Of a stretch of DNA of 64,000 nt, positions 1-14,631 are shown one piece after another; within the stretch, counting starts at the first letter, position 1; each line of letters begins with the position of its first letter. Both the position numbers and the translations under genes were made by a program. The notes under the pieces are model-generated. The model did not search any database. It was not told where the DNA came from and saw nothing but the letters and a program-made list of their open reading frames with translations. The stretch comes from Eledone cirrhosa (taxonomy: Eukaryota): positions 392,150,001 to 392,214,000 of the forward strand of contig OZ024741.1 of the NCBI GenBank assembly GCA_964016885.1, in the 5' to 3' direction.

Positions 1-3000
1 GGTTGTACTTAACACTGAATAGTGTGTTGAAGGTGATGAGTGGGAGGTAACATGATAGAAAGGATGATAGCAGAAGGTTGTACTTAACACTGAATAGTGT
101 GTTGAAGGTGATGGTGGGGGGTAACATGATAGAAAGGATGATAGCAGAAGGTTGTACTTAACACTGAATAGTGTGTTGAAGGTGATGGTGGGGGGGGGGG
201 TAACATGATAGAAAGGATGATAGCAGAAGGTTGTACTTAACACTGAATAGTGTGTTGAAGGTGATGGTGGGGGGTAACATGATAGAAAGGATGATAGCAG
301 AAGGTTGTACTTAACACTGAATAGTGTGTTGAGGTGATAGTGGGAGGTAACATGATAGAAAGGATGATAGCAGAAGGTTGTACTTAACACTGAATAGTGT
401 GTTGAAGGTGATAGGTGAGAGGTAACATGATAGAAAGGATGATAGCAGAAGGTTGTACTTAACACTGAATAGTGTGTTGAAGGTGATGGTGGGCGGTAAC
501 ATGATAGAAAGGATGATAGCAGAAGGTTGTACTTAACACTGAATAGTGTGTTGAAGGTGATAGTGGGAGGTAACATGATAGAAAGGATGATAGCAGAAGG
601 TTGTACTTAACACTGAATAGTGTGTTGAAGCTGATGGTGGGAGGTAACATGATAGAAAGGATGATAGCAGAAGGTTGTACTTAACACTGAATAGTGTGTT
701 GAAGGTGATAGTGGGAGGTAACATGATAGAAAGGATGATAGCAGAAGGTTGTACTTAACACTGAATAGTGTGTTGAAGGTGATGGTGGGAGGTAACATGA
801 TAGAAAGGATGATAGCAGAAGGTTGTACTTAACACTGAATAGTGTGTTGAAGGTGATGGTGGGAGGTAACATGATAGAAAGGATGATAGCAGAAGGTTGT
901 ACTTAACACTGGATAGTGTGTTGAAGGTGATGGTGGGGGGGGGGGGGTAACATGATAGAAAGGATGATAGCAGAAGGTTGTACTTAACACTGAATAGTGT
1001 GTTGAAGGTGATGGTGGGAGGTAACATGATAGAAAGGATGATAGCAGAAGGTTGTACTTAACACTGAATAGTGTGTTGAAGGTGATGGTGGGAGGTAACA
1101 TGATAGAAAGGATGATAGCAGAAGGTGTACTTAACACTGAATAGTGTGTGAAGGTGATGGTGGGGGGTAACATGATAGAAAGGATGATAGCAGAAGGTTG
1201 TACTTAACACTGAATAGTGTGTTGAAGGTGATGGTGGGAGGTAACATGATAGAAAGGATGATAGCAGAAGGTTGTACTTAACACTGAATAGTGTGTTGAA
1301 GGTGATGGTGGGAGGTAACATGATAGAAAGGATGATAGCAGAAGGTGTACTTAACACTGAATAGTGTGTTGAAGGTGATGGTGGGGGGTAACATGATCAA
1401 AGGATGATAGCAGAAGGTTGTACTTAACACTGAATAGTGTGTTGAAGGTGATGGTGGGGGGTAACATGATAGAAAGGATGATAGCAGAAGGTTGTACTTA
1501 ACACTGAATAGTGTGTTGAAGGTGATAGTGGGAGGTAACATGATAGAAAGGATGATAGCAGAAGGTTGTACTTAACACTGAATAGTGTGTTGAAGGTGAT
1601 GGTGGGAGGTAACATGACAGAAAGGATGATAGCAGAAGGTTGTACTTAACACTGAGTAGTGTGTTGAAGGTGATGGTGGGGGGGTAACATGATCAAAGGA
1701 TGATAGCAGAGGTTGTACTTAACACTGAATAGTGTGTTGAAGGTGATGGTGGGAGGTAACATGATAGAAAGGATGATAGCAGAAGGTTGTACTTAACACT
1801 GAATAGTGTGTTGAAGGTGATGGTGGGAGGTAACATGATAGAAAGGATGATAGCAGAAGGTTGTACTTAACACTGAATAGTGTGTTGAAGGTGATGGTGG
1901 GGGTAACATGATAGAAAGGATGATAGCAGAAGGTTGTACTTAACACTGAATAGTGTGTTGAAGGTGATGGTGGGAGGTAACATGATAGAAAGGATGATAG
2001 CAGAAGGTTGTACTTAACACTGAATAGTGTGTTGAAGGTGATGGTGGGGGATAACATGATAGAAAGGATGATAGCAGAAGGTTGTACTTAACACTGAATA
2101 GTGTGTTGAAGGTGATGGTGGGAGGTAACATGATAGAAAGGATGATAGCAGAAGGTTGTACTTAACACTGAATAGTGTGTTGAAGGTGATGGTGGGGGGT
2201 AACATGATAGAAAGGATGATAGCAGAAGGTTGTACTTAACACTGAATAGTGTGTTGAAGGTGATGGTGGGAGGTAACATGATAGAAAGGATGATAGCAGA
2301 AGGTTGTACTTAACACTGAATAGTGTGTTGAAGGTGATGGTGGGGGATAACATGATAGAAAGGATGATAGCAGAAGGTTGTACTTAACACTGAATAGTGT
2401 GTTGAAGGTGATGGTGGGAGGTAACATGATAGAAAGGATGATAGCAGAAGGTTGTACTTAACACTGAATAGTGTGTTGAAGGTGATGGTGGGGGGTAACA
2501 TGATAGAAAGGATGATAGCAGAAGGTTGTACTTAACACTGAATAGTGTGTTGAAGGTGATGGTGGGGGGTAACATGATAGAAAGGATGATAGCAGAAGGT
2601 TGTACTTAACACTGAATAGTGTGTTGAAGGTGATGGTGGGAGGTAACATGATAGAAAGGATGATAGCAGAAGGTTGTACTTAACACTGAATAGTGTGTTG
2701 AAGGTGATGGTGGGAGGTAACATGATAGAAAGGATGATAGCAGAAGGTTGTACTTAACACTGAATAGTGTGTTGAAGGTGATGGTGGGAGGTAACATGAT
2801 AGAAAGGATGATAGCAGAAGGTTGTACTTAACACTGAATAGTGTGTTGAAGGTGATGGTGGGAGGTAACATGATAGAAAGGATGATAGCAGAAGGTTGTA
2901 CTTAACACTGAATAGTGTGTTGAAGGTGATGGTGGGGGTAACATGATAGAAAGGGTGATAGCAGAAGGTTGTACTTAACACTGAATAGTGTGTTGAAGGT

Positions 3001-6000
3001 GATGGTGGGGGGTAACATGATAGAAAGGATGATAGCAGAAGGTTGTACTTAACACTGAATAGTGTGTTGAAGGTGATGGTGGGGGGTAACATGATAGAAA
3101 GGATGATAGCAGAAGGTTGTACTTAACACTGAATAGTGTGTTGAAGGTGATGGTGGGGGGTAACATGATAGAAAGGATGATAGCAGAAGGTTGTACTTAA
3201 CATTGAATAGTGTGTTGAAGGTGATGGTGGGAGGTAACATGATAGAAAGGATGATAGCAGAAGGTTGTACTTAACACTGAATAGTGTGTTGAAGGTGATG
3301 GTGGGAGGTAACATGATAGAAAGGATGATAGCAGAAGGTTGTACTTAACACTGAATAGTGTGTTGAAGGTGATGGTGGGAGGTAACATGATAGAAAGGAT
3401 GATAGCAGAAGGTTGTACTTAACACTGAATAGTGTGTTGAAGGTGATAGTGGGAGGTAACATGATAGAAAGGATGATAGCAGAAGGTTGTACTTAACACT
3501 GAATAGTGTGTTGAAGGTGATAGTGGGAGGTAACATGATAGAAAGGATGATAGCAAAAGGTTGTACTTAACACTGAATAGTGTGTTGAAGGTGATGGTGG
3601 GGGGTAACATGATAGAAAGGATGATAGCAGAAGGTTGTACTTAACACTGAATAGTGTGTTGAAGGTGATGGTGGATGGGGGGGGGGGGGTAACATGATAG
3701 AAAGGATGATAGCAGAAGGTTGTACTTAACACTGAATAGTGTGTTGAAGGTGATGGTGGGGGGTAACATGATAGAAAGGATGATAGCAGAAGGTTGTACT
3801 TAACACTGAATAGTGTGTTGAAGGTGATAGTGGGAGGTAACATGATAGAAAGGATGATAGCAGAAGGTTGTACTTAACACTGAATAGTGTATTGAAGGTG
3901 ATAGTGAGAGGTAACATGATAGAAAGGATGATAGCAGAAGGTTGTACTTAACACTGAATAGTGTGTTGAAGGTGATGGTGGGCGGTAACATGATAGAAAG
4001 GATGATAGCAGAAGGTTGTACTTAACACTGAATAGTGTGTTGAAGGTGATAGTGGGAGGTAACATGATAGAAAGGATGATAGCAGAAGGTTGTACTTAAT
4101 ACTGAATAGTGTGTTGAAGCTGATGGTGGGAGGTAACATGATAGAAAGGATGATAGCAGAAGGTTGTACTTAACACTGAATAGTGTGTTGAAGGTGATAG
4201 TGGGAGGTAACATGATAGAAAGGATGATAGCAGAAGGTTGTACTTAACACTGAATAGTGTGTTGAAGGTGATGGTGGGGGGTAACATGATAGAAAGGATG
4301 ATAGCAGAAGGTTGTACTTAACACTGAATAGTGTGTTGAAGGTGATGGTGGGAGGTAACATGATAGAAAGGATGATAGCAGAAGGTTGTACTTAACACTG
4401 GATAGTGTGTTGAAGGTGATGGTGGGGGGGGGGGGTAACATGATAGAAAGGATGATAGCAGAAGGTTGTACTTAACACTGAATAGTGTGTTGAAGGTGAT
4501 GGTGGGAGGTAACATGATAGAAAGGATGATAGCAGAAGGTTGTACTTAACACTGAATAGTGTGTTGAAGGTGATGGTGGGAGGTAACATGATAGAAAGGA
4601 TGATAGCAGAAGGTGTACTTAACACTGAATAGTGTGTTGAAGGTGATGGTGGGGGGTAACATGATAGAAAGGATGATAGCAGAAGGTTGTACTTAACACT
4701 GAATAGTGTGTTGAAGGTGATGGTGGGAGGTAACATGATAGAAAGGATGATAGCAGAAGGTTGTACTTAACACTGAATAGTGTGTTGAAGGTGATGGTGG
4801 GAGGTAACATGATAGAAAGGATGATAGCAGAAGGTGTACTTAACACTGAATAGTGTGTTGAAGGTGATGGTGGGGGGTAACATGATCAAAGGATGATAGC
4901 AGAAGGTTGTACTTAACACTGAATAGTGTGTTGAAGGTGATGGTGGGGGGTAACATGATAGAAAGGATGATAGCAGAAGGTTGTACTTAACACTGAATAG
5001 TGTGTTGAAGGTGATAGTGGGAGGTAACATGATAGAAAGGATGATAGCAGAAGGTTGTACTTAACACTGAATAGTGTGTTGAAGGTGATGGTGGGAGGTA
5101 ACATGACAGAAAGGATGATAGCAGAAGGTTGTACTTAACACTGAGTAGTGTGTTGAAGGTGATGGTGGGGGGTAACATGATCAAAGGATGATAGCAGAAG
5201 GTTGTACTTAACACTGAATAGTGTGTTGAAGGTGATGGTGGGAGGTAACATGATAGAAAGGATGATAGCAGAAGGTTGTACTTAACACTGAATAGTGTGT
5301 TGAAGGTGATGGTGGGAGGTAACATGATAGAAAGGATGATAGCAGAAGGTTGTACTTAACACTGAATAGTGTGTTGAAGGTGATGGTGGGGGGTAACATG
5401 ATAGAAAGGATGATAGCAGAAGGTTGTACTTAACACTGAATAGTGTGTTGAAGGTGATGGTGGGAGGTAACATGATAGAAAGGATGATAGCAGAAGGTTG
5501 TACTTAACACTGAATAGTGTGTTGAAGGTGATGGTGGGGGGTAACATGATAGAAAGGATGATAGCAGAAGGTTGTACTTAACACTGAATAGTGTGTTGAA
5601 GGTGATGGTGGGGGGTAACATGATAGAAAGGATGATAGCAGAAGGTTGTACTTAACACTGAATAGTGTGTTGAAGGTGATGGTGGGGGGTAACATGATAG
5701 AAAGGATGATAGCAGAAGGTTGTACTTAACACTGAATAGTGTGTTGAAGGTGATGGTGGGGGGTAACATGATAGAAAGGATGATAGCAGAAGGTTGTACT
5801 TAACATTGAATAGTGTGTTGAAGGTGATGGTGGGAGGTAACATGATAGAAAGGATGATAGCAGAAGTTTGTACTTAACACTGAATAGTGTGTTGAAGGTG
5901 ATGGTGGGAGGTAACATGATAGAAAGGATGATAGCAGAAGGTTGTACTTAACACTGAATAGTGTGTTGAAGGTGATGGTGGGAGGTAACATGATAGAAAG

Positions 6001-6758
6001 GATGATTGCAGAAGGTTGTACTTAACACTGAATAGTGTGTTGAAGGTGATAGTGGGAGGTAACATGATAGAAAGGATGATAGCAGAAGGTTGTACTTAAC
6101 ACTGAATAGTGTGTTGAAGGTGATGGTGGGAGGGTAACATGATAGAAAGGATGATAGCAGAAGGTTGTACTTAACACTGAATAGTGTGTTGAAGGTGATG
6201 GTGGGAGGTAACATGATAGAAAGGATGATAGCAGAAGGTTGTACTTAACACTGAATAGTGTGTTGAAGGTGATAGTGGGAGGTAACATGATAGAAAGGAT
6301 GATAGCAGAAGGTTGTACTTAACACTGAATTGTGTGTTGAAGGTGATGGTGGGGGGTAACATGATAGAAAGGATGATAGCAGAAGGTTGTACTTAACACT
6401 GAATAGTGTGTTGAAGGTGATGGTGGGGGGAGGGTAACATGATAGAAAGGATGATAGCAGAAGGTTGTACTTAACACTGAATAGTGTGTTGAAGGTGATG
6501 GTGGGGGGTAACATGATAGAAAGGATGATAGCAGAAGGTTGTACTTAACACTGAATAGTGTGTTGAAGGTGATAGTGGGAGGTAACATGATAGAAAGGAT
6601 GATAGCAGAAGGTTGTACTTAACACTGAATAGTGTGTTGAAGGTGATAGTGGGAGGTAACATGATAGAAAGGATGATAGCAGAAGGTTGTACTTAACACT
6701 GAATAGTGTGTTGAAGGTGATGGTGGGAGGTAACATGATAGAAAGGATGATAGCAGAA

Positions 6759-7424
6759 GGTTGTACTTAACACTGAATAGTGTATTGAAGGTGATAGTGA
6801 GAGGTAACATGATAGAAAGGATGATAGCAGAAGGTTGTACTTAACACTGAATAGTGTGTTGAAGGTGATGGTGGGCGGTAACATGATAGAAAGGATGATA
6901 GCAGAAGGTTGTACTTAACACTGAATAGTGTGTTGAATGTGATAGTGGGAGGTAACATGATAGAAAGGATGATAGCAGAAGGTTGTACTTAACACTGAAT
7001 AGTGTATTGAAGGTGATAGTGAGAGGTAACATGATAGAAAGGATGATAGCAGAAGGTTGTACTTAACACTGAATAGTGTGTTGAAGGTGATGGTGGGCGG
7101 TAACATGATAGAAAGGATGATAGCAGAAGGTTGTACTTAACACTGAATAGTGTGTTGAAGGTGATAGTGGGAGGTAACATGATAGAAAGGATGATAGCAG
7201 AAGGTTGTACTTAACACTGAATAGTGTATTGAAGGTGATAGTGAGAGGTAACATGATAGAAAGGATGATAGCAGAAGGTTGTACTTAACACTGAATAGTG
7301 TGTTGAAGGTGATGGTGGGCGGTAACATGATAGAAAGGATGATAGCAGAAGGTTGTACTTAACACTGAATAGTGTGTTGAAGGTGATAGTGGGAGGTAAC
7401 ATGATAGAAAGGATGATAGCAGAA
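6759..7424. repeat. 3-monomer (222-bp) higher-order repeat x3
   Basis: Three monomer types, TGTATT..GATAGTGAGAGG / GGGCGG / GATAGTGGGAGG, repeat three times at a 222-bp period. Confidence 0.92.
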
Positions 7425-10400
7425 GGTTGTACTTAATACTGAATAGTGTGTTGAAGCTGATGGTGGGAGGTAACATGATAGAAAGGATGATAGCAGAAGG
7501 TTGTACTTAACACTGAATAGTGTGTTGAAGGTGATAGTGGGAGGTAACATGATAGAAAGGATGATAGCAGAAGGTTGTACTTAACACTGAATAGTGTGTT
7601 GAAGGTGATGGTGGGGGGTAACATGATAGAAAGGATGATAGCAGAAGGTTGTACTTAACACTGAATAGTGTGTTGAAGGTGATGGTGGGAGGTAACATGA
7701 TAGAAAGGATGATAGCAGAAGGTTGTACTTAACACTGGATAGTGTGTTGAAGGTGATGGTGGGGGGGGGGGGGGTAACATGATAGAAAGGATGATAGCAG
7801 AAGGTTGTACTTAACACTGAATAGTGTGTTGAAGGTGATGGTGGGAGGTAACATGATAGAAAGGATGATAGCAGAAGGTTGTACTTAACACTGAATAGTG
7901 TGTTGAAGGTGATGGTGGGAGGTAACATGATAGAAAGGATGATAGCAGAAGGTGTACTTAACACTGAATAGTGTGTTGAAGGTGATGGTGGGGGGTAACA
8001 TGATAGAAAGGATGATAGCAGAAGGTTGTACTTAACACTGAATAGTGTGTTGAAGGTGATGGTGGGAGGTAACATGATAGAAAGGATGATAGCAGAAGGT
8101 TGTACTTAACACTGAATAGTGTGTTGAAGGTGATGGTGGGAGGTAACATGATAGAAAGGATGATAGCAGAAGGTGTACTTAACACTGAATGGTGTGTTGA
8201 AGGTGATGGTGGGGGGTAACATGATCAAAGGATGATAGCAGAAGGTTGTACTTAACACTGAATAGTGTGTTGAAGGTGATGGTGGGGGGTAACATGATAG
8301 AAAGGATGATAGCAGAAGGTTGTACTTAACACTGAATAGTGTGTTGAAGGTGATAGTGGGAGGTAACATGATAGAAAGGATGATAGCAGAAGGTTGTACT
8401 TAACACTGAATAGTGTGTTGAAGGTGATGGTGGGAGGTAACATGACAGAAAGGATGATAGCAGAAGGTTGTACTTAACACTGAGTAGTGTGTTGAAGGTG
8501 ATGGTGGGGGGTAACATGATCAAAGGATGATAGCAGAAGGTTGTACTTAACACTGAATAGTGTGTTGAAGGTGATGGTGGGAGGTAACATGATAGAAAGG
8601 ATGATAGCAGAAGGTTGTACTTAACACTGAATAGTGTGTTGAAGGTGATGGTGGGAGGTAACATGAAAGAAAGGATGATAGCAGAAGGTTGTACTTAACA
8701 CTGAATAGTGTGTTGAAGGTGATGGTGGGGGGTAACATGATAGAAAGGATGATAGCAGAAGGTTGTACTTAACACTGAATAGTGTGTTGAAGGTGATGGT
8801 GGGAGGTAACATGATAGAAAGGATGATAGCAGAAGGTTGTACTTAACACTGAATAGTGTGTTGAAGGTGATGGTGGGGGGTAACATGATAGAAAGGATGA
8901 TAGCAGAAGGTTGTACTTAACACTGAATAGTGTGTTGAAGGTGATGGTGGGGGGTAACATGATAGAAAGGATGATAGCAGAAGGTTGTACTTAACACTGA
9001 ATAGTGTGTTGAAGGTGATGGTGGGGGGTAACATGATAGAAAGGATGATAGCAGAAGGTTGTACTTAACATTGAATAGTGTGTTAAAGGTGATGGTGGGA
9101 GGTAACATGATAGAAAGGATGATAGCAGAAGTTTGTACTTAACACTGAATAGTGTGTTGAAGGTGATGGTGGGAGGTAACATGATAGAAAGGATGATAGC
9201 AGAAGGTTGTACTTAACACTGAATAGTGTGTTGAAGGTGATGGTGGGAGGTAACATGATAGAAAGGATGATTGCAGAAGGTTGTACTTAACACTGAATAG
9301 TGTGTTGAAGGTGATAGTGGGAGGTAACATGATAGAAAGGATGATAGCAGAAGGTTGTACTTAACACTGAATAGTGTGTTGAAGGTGATGGTGGGAGGTA
9401 ACATGATAGAAAGGATGATAGCAGAAGGTTGTACTTAACACTGAATAGTGTGTTGAAGGTGATGGTGGGAGGTAACATGATAGAAAGGATGATAGCAGAA
9501 GGTTGTACTTAACACTGAATAGTGTGTTGAAGGTGATGGTGGGGGGTAACATGATAGAAAGGATGATAGCAGAAGGTTGTACTTAACACTGAATAGTGTG
9601 TTGAAGGTGATGGTGGGGGGGGGGGTAACATGATAGAAAGGACGATAGCAGAAGGTTGTACTTAACACTGAATAGTGTGTTGAAGGTGATGGTGGGAGGT
9701 AACATGATAGAAAGGATGATAGCAGAAGGTTGTACTTAACACTGAATAGTGTGTTGAAGGTGATGGTGGGGGATAACATGATAGAAAGGATGATAGCAGA
9801 AGGTTGTACTTAACACTGAATAGTGTGTTGAAGGTGATGGTGGGAGGTAACATGATAGAAAGGATGATAGCAGAAGGTTGTACTTAACACTGAATAGTGT
9901 GTTGAAGGTGATAGTGGGAGGTAACATGATAGAAAGGATGATAGCAGAAGGTTGTACTTAACACTGAATAGTGTGTTGAAGGTGATGGTGGGGGGTAACA
10001 TGATAGAAAGGATGATAGCAGAAGGTTGTACTTAACACTGAATAGTGTGTTGAAGGTGATAGTGGGAGGTAACATGATAGAAAGGATGATAGCAGAAGGT
10101 TGTACTTAACACTGAATAGTGTGTTGAAGGTGATGGTGGGGGGTAACATGATAGAAAGGATGATAGCAGAAGGTTGTACTTAACACTGAATAGTGTGTTG
10201 AAGGTGATGGTGGGGGGGGGGGTAACATGATAGAAAGGATGATAGCAGAAGGTTGTACTTAACACTGAATAGTGTGTTGAAGGTGATGGTGGGAGGTAAC
10301 ATGATAGAAAGGATGATAGCAGAAGGTTGTACTTAACACTGAATAGTGTGTTGAAGGTGATGGTGGGGGGTAACATGATAGAAAGGATGATAGCAGAAGG

Positions 10401-13400
10401 TTGTACTTAACACTGAATAGTGTGTTGAAGGTGATGGTGGGGGGTAACATGATAGAAAGGATGATAGCAGAAGGTTGTACTTAACACTGAATAGTGTGTT
10501 GAAGGTGATGGTGGGAGGTAACATGATAGAAAGGATGATAGCAGAAGGTTGTACTTAACACTGAATAGTGTGTTGAAGGTGATGGTGGGAGGTAACATGA
10601 TAGAAAGGATGATAGCAGAAGGTTGTACTTAACACTGAATAGTGTGTTGAAGGTGATGGTGGGAGGTAACATGATAGAAAGGATGATAGCAGAAGGTTGT
10701 ACTTAACACTGAATAGTGTGTTGAAGGTGATGGTGGGAGGTAACATGATAGAAAGGATGATAGCAGAAGGTTGTACTTAACACTGAATAGTGTGTTGAAG
10801 GTGATGGTGGGGGTAACATGATAGAAAGGGTGATAGCAGAAGGTTGTACTTAACACTGAATAGTGTGTTGAAGGTGATGGTGGGGGGTAACATGATAGAA
10901 AGGATGATAGCAGAAGGTTGTACTTAACACTGAATAGTGTGTTGAAGGTGATGGTGGGGGGTAACATGATAGAAAGGATGATAGCAGAAGGTTGTACTTA
11001 ACACTGAATAGTGTGTTGAAGGTGATGGTGGGGGGTAACATGATAGAAAGGATGATAGCAGAAGGTTGTACTTAACATTGAATAGTGTGTTGAAGGTGAT
11101 GGTGGGAGGTAACATGATAGAAAGGATGATAGCAGAAGGTTGTACTTAACACTGAATAGTGTGTTGAAGGTGATGGTGGGAGGTAACATGATAGAAAGGA
11201 TGATAGCAGAAGGTTGTACTTAACACTGAATAGTGTGTTGAAGGTGATGGTGGGAGGTAACATGATAGAAAGGATGATAGCAGAAGGTTGTACTTAACAC
11301 TGAATAGTGTGTTGAAGGTGATAGTGGGAGGTAACATGATAGAAAGGATGATAGCAGAAGGTTGTACTTAACACTGAATAGTGTGTTGAAGGTGATAGTG
11401 GGAGGTAACATGATAGAAAGGATGATAGCAAAAGGTTGTACTTAACACTGAATAGTGTGTTGAAGGTGATGGTGGGGGGTAACATGATAGAAAGGATGAT
11501 AGCAGAAGGTTGTACTTAACACTGAATAGTGTGTTGAAGGTGATGGTGGATGGGGGGGGGTAACATGATAGAAAGGATGATAGCAGAAGGTTGTACTTAA
11601 CACTGAATAGTGTGTTGAAGGTGATGGTGGGGGGTAACATGATAGAAAGGATGATAGCAGAAGGTTGTACTTAACACTGAATAGTGTGTTGAAGGTGATA
11701 GTGGGAGGTAACATGATAGAAAGGATGATAGCAGAAGGTTGTACTTAACACTGAATAGTGTATTGAAGGTGATAGTGAGAGGTAACATGATAGAAAGGAT
11801 GATAGCAGAAGGTTGTACTTAACACTGAATAGTGTGTTGAAGGTGATGGTGGGCGGTAACATGATAGAAAGGATGATAGCAGAAGGTTGTACTTAACACT
11901 GAATAGTGTGTTGAAGGTGATAGTGGGAGGTAACATGATAGAAAGGATGATAGCAGAAGGTTGTACTTAATACTGAATAGTGTGTTGAAGCTGATGGTGG
12001 GAGGTAACATGATAGAAAGGATGATAGCAGAAGGTTGTACTTAACACTGAATAGTGTGTTGAAGGTGATAGTGGGAGGTAACATGATAGAAAGGATGATA
12101 GCAGAAGGTTGTACTTAACACTGAATAGTGTGTTGAAGGTGATGGTGGGGGGTAACATGATAGAAAGGATGATAGCAGAAGGTTGTACTTAACACTGAAT
12201 AGTGTGTTGAAGGTGATGGTGGGAGGTAACATGATAGAAAGGATGATAGCAGAAGGTTGTACTTAACACTGGATAGTGTGTTGAAGGTGATGGTGGGGGG
12301 GGGGGGGGTAACATGATAGAAAGGATGATAGCAGAAGGTTGTACTTAACACTGAATAGTGTGTTGAAGGTGATGGTGGGAGGTAACATGATAGAAAGGAT
12401 GATAGCAGAAGGTTGTACTTAACACTGAATAGTGTGTTGAAGGTGATGGTGGGAGGTAACATGATAGAAAGGATGATAGCAGAAGGTGTACTTAACACTG
12501 AATAGTGTGTTGAAGGTGATGGTGGGGGGTAACATGATAGAAAGGATGATAGCAGAAGGTTGTACTTAACACTGAATAGTGTGTTGAAGGTGATGGTGGG
12601 AGGTAACATGATAGAAAGGATGATAGCAGAAGGTTGTACTTAACACTGAATAGTGTGTTGAAGGTGATGGTGGGAGGTAACATGATAGAAAGGATGATAG
12701 CAGAAGGTGTACTTAACACTGAATAGTGTGTTGAAGGTGATGGTGGGGGGTAACATGATCAAAGGATGATAGCAGAAGGTTGTACTTAACACTGAATAGT
12801 GTGTTGAAGGTGATGGTGGGGGGTAACATGATAGAAAGGATGATAGCAGAAGGTTGTACTTAACACTGAATAGTGTGTTGAAGGTGATAGTGGGAGGTAA
12901 CATGATAGAAAGGATGATAGCAGAAGGTTGTACTTAACACTGAATAGTGTGTTGAAGGTGATGGTGGGAGGTAACATGACAGAAAGGATGATAGCAGAAG
13001 GTTGTACTTAACACTGAGTAGTGTGTTGAAGGTGATGGTGGGGGGTAACATGATCAAAGGATGATAGCAGAAGGTTGTACTTAACACTGAATAGTGTGTT
13101 GAAGGTGATGGTGGGAGGTAACATGATAGAAAGGATGATAGCAGAAGGTTGTACTTAACACTGAATAGTGTGTTGAAGGTGATGGTGGGAGGTAACATGA
13201 TAGAAAGGATGATAGCAGAAGGTTGTACTTAACACTGAATAGTGTGTTGAAGGTGATGGTGGGGGGTAACATGATAGAAAGGATGATAGCAGAAGGTTGT
13301 ACTTAACACTGAATAGTGTGTTGAAGGTGATGGTGGGAGGTAACATGATAGAAAGGATGATAGCAGAAGGTTGTACTTAACACTGAATAGTGTGTTGAAG

Positions 13401-14631
13401 GTGATGGTGGGGGGTAACATGATAGAAAGGATGATAGCAGAAGGTTGTACTTAACACTGAATAGTGTGTTGAAGGTGATGGTGGGGGGTAACATGATAGA
13501 AAGGATGATAGCAGAAGGTTGTACTTAACACTGAATAGTGTGTTGAAGGTGATGGTGGGGGGTAACATGATAGAAAGGATGATAGCAGAAGGTTGTACTT
13601 AACACTGAATAGTGTGTTGAAGGTGATGGTGGGGGGTAACATGATAGAAAGGATGATAGCAGAAGGTTGTACTTAACATTGAATAGTGTGTTGAAGGTGA
13701 TGGTGGGAGGTAACATGATAGAAAGGATGATAGCAGAAGTTTGTACTTAACACTGAATAGTGTGTTGAAGGTGATGGTGGGAGGTAACATGATAGAAAGG
13801 ATGATAGCAGAAGGTTGTACTTAACACTGAATAGTGTGTTGAAGGTGATGGTGGGAGGTAACATGATAGAAAGGATGATTGCAGAAGGTTGTACTTAACA
13901 CTGAATAGTGTGTTGAAGGTGATAGTGGGAGGTAACATGATAGAAAGGATGATAGCAGAAGGTTGTACTTAACACTGAATAGTGTGTTGAAGGTGATGGT
14001 GGGAGGTAACATGATAGAAAGGATGATAGCAGAAGGTTGTACTTAACACTGAATAGTGTGTTGAAGGTGATGGTGGGAGGTAACATGATAGAAAGGATGA
14101 TAGCAGAAGGTTGTACTTAACACTGAATAGTGTGTTGAAGGTGATAGTGGGAGGTAACATGATAGAAAGGATGATAGCAGAAGGTTGTACTTAACACTGA
14201 ATTGTGTGTTGAAGGTGATGGTGGGGGGTAACATGATAGAAAGGATGATAGCAGAAGGTTGTACTTAACACTGAATAGTGTGTTGAAGGTGATGGTGGGG
14301 GGGAGGGTAACATGATAGAAAGGATGATAGCAGAAGGTTGTACTTAACACTGAATAGTGTGTTGAAGGTGATGGTGGGGGGTAACATGATAGAAAGGATG
14401 ATAGCAGAAGGTTGTACTTAACACTGAATAGTGTGTTGAAGGTGATAGTGGGAGGTAACATGATAGAAAGGATGATAGCAGAAGGTTGTACTTAACACTG
14501 AATAGTGTGTTGAAGGTGATAGTGGGAGGTAACATGATAGAAAGGATGATAGCAGAAGGTTGTACTTAACACTGAATAGTGTGTTGAAGGTGATGGTGGG
14601 AGGTAACATGATAGAAAGGATGATAGCAGAA

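Noticed and set aside
1-74. CENP-B box or specific transcription-factor sites (GATA-like TGATAG x2, TTAA)
   Set aside because: The consensus has no CpG, so there is no canonical CENP-B box. The short motifs are expected by chance in this composition and have no supporting context.
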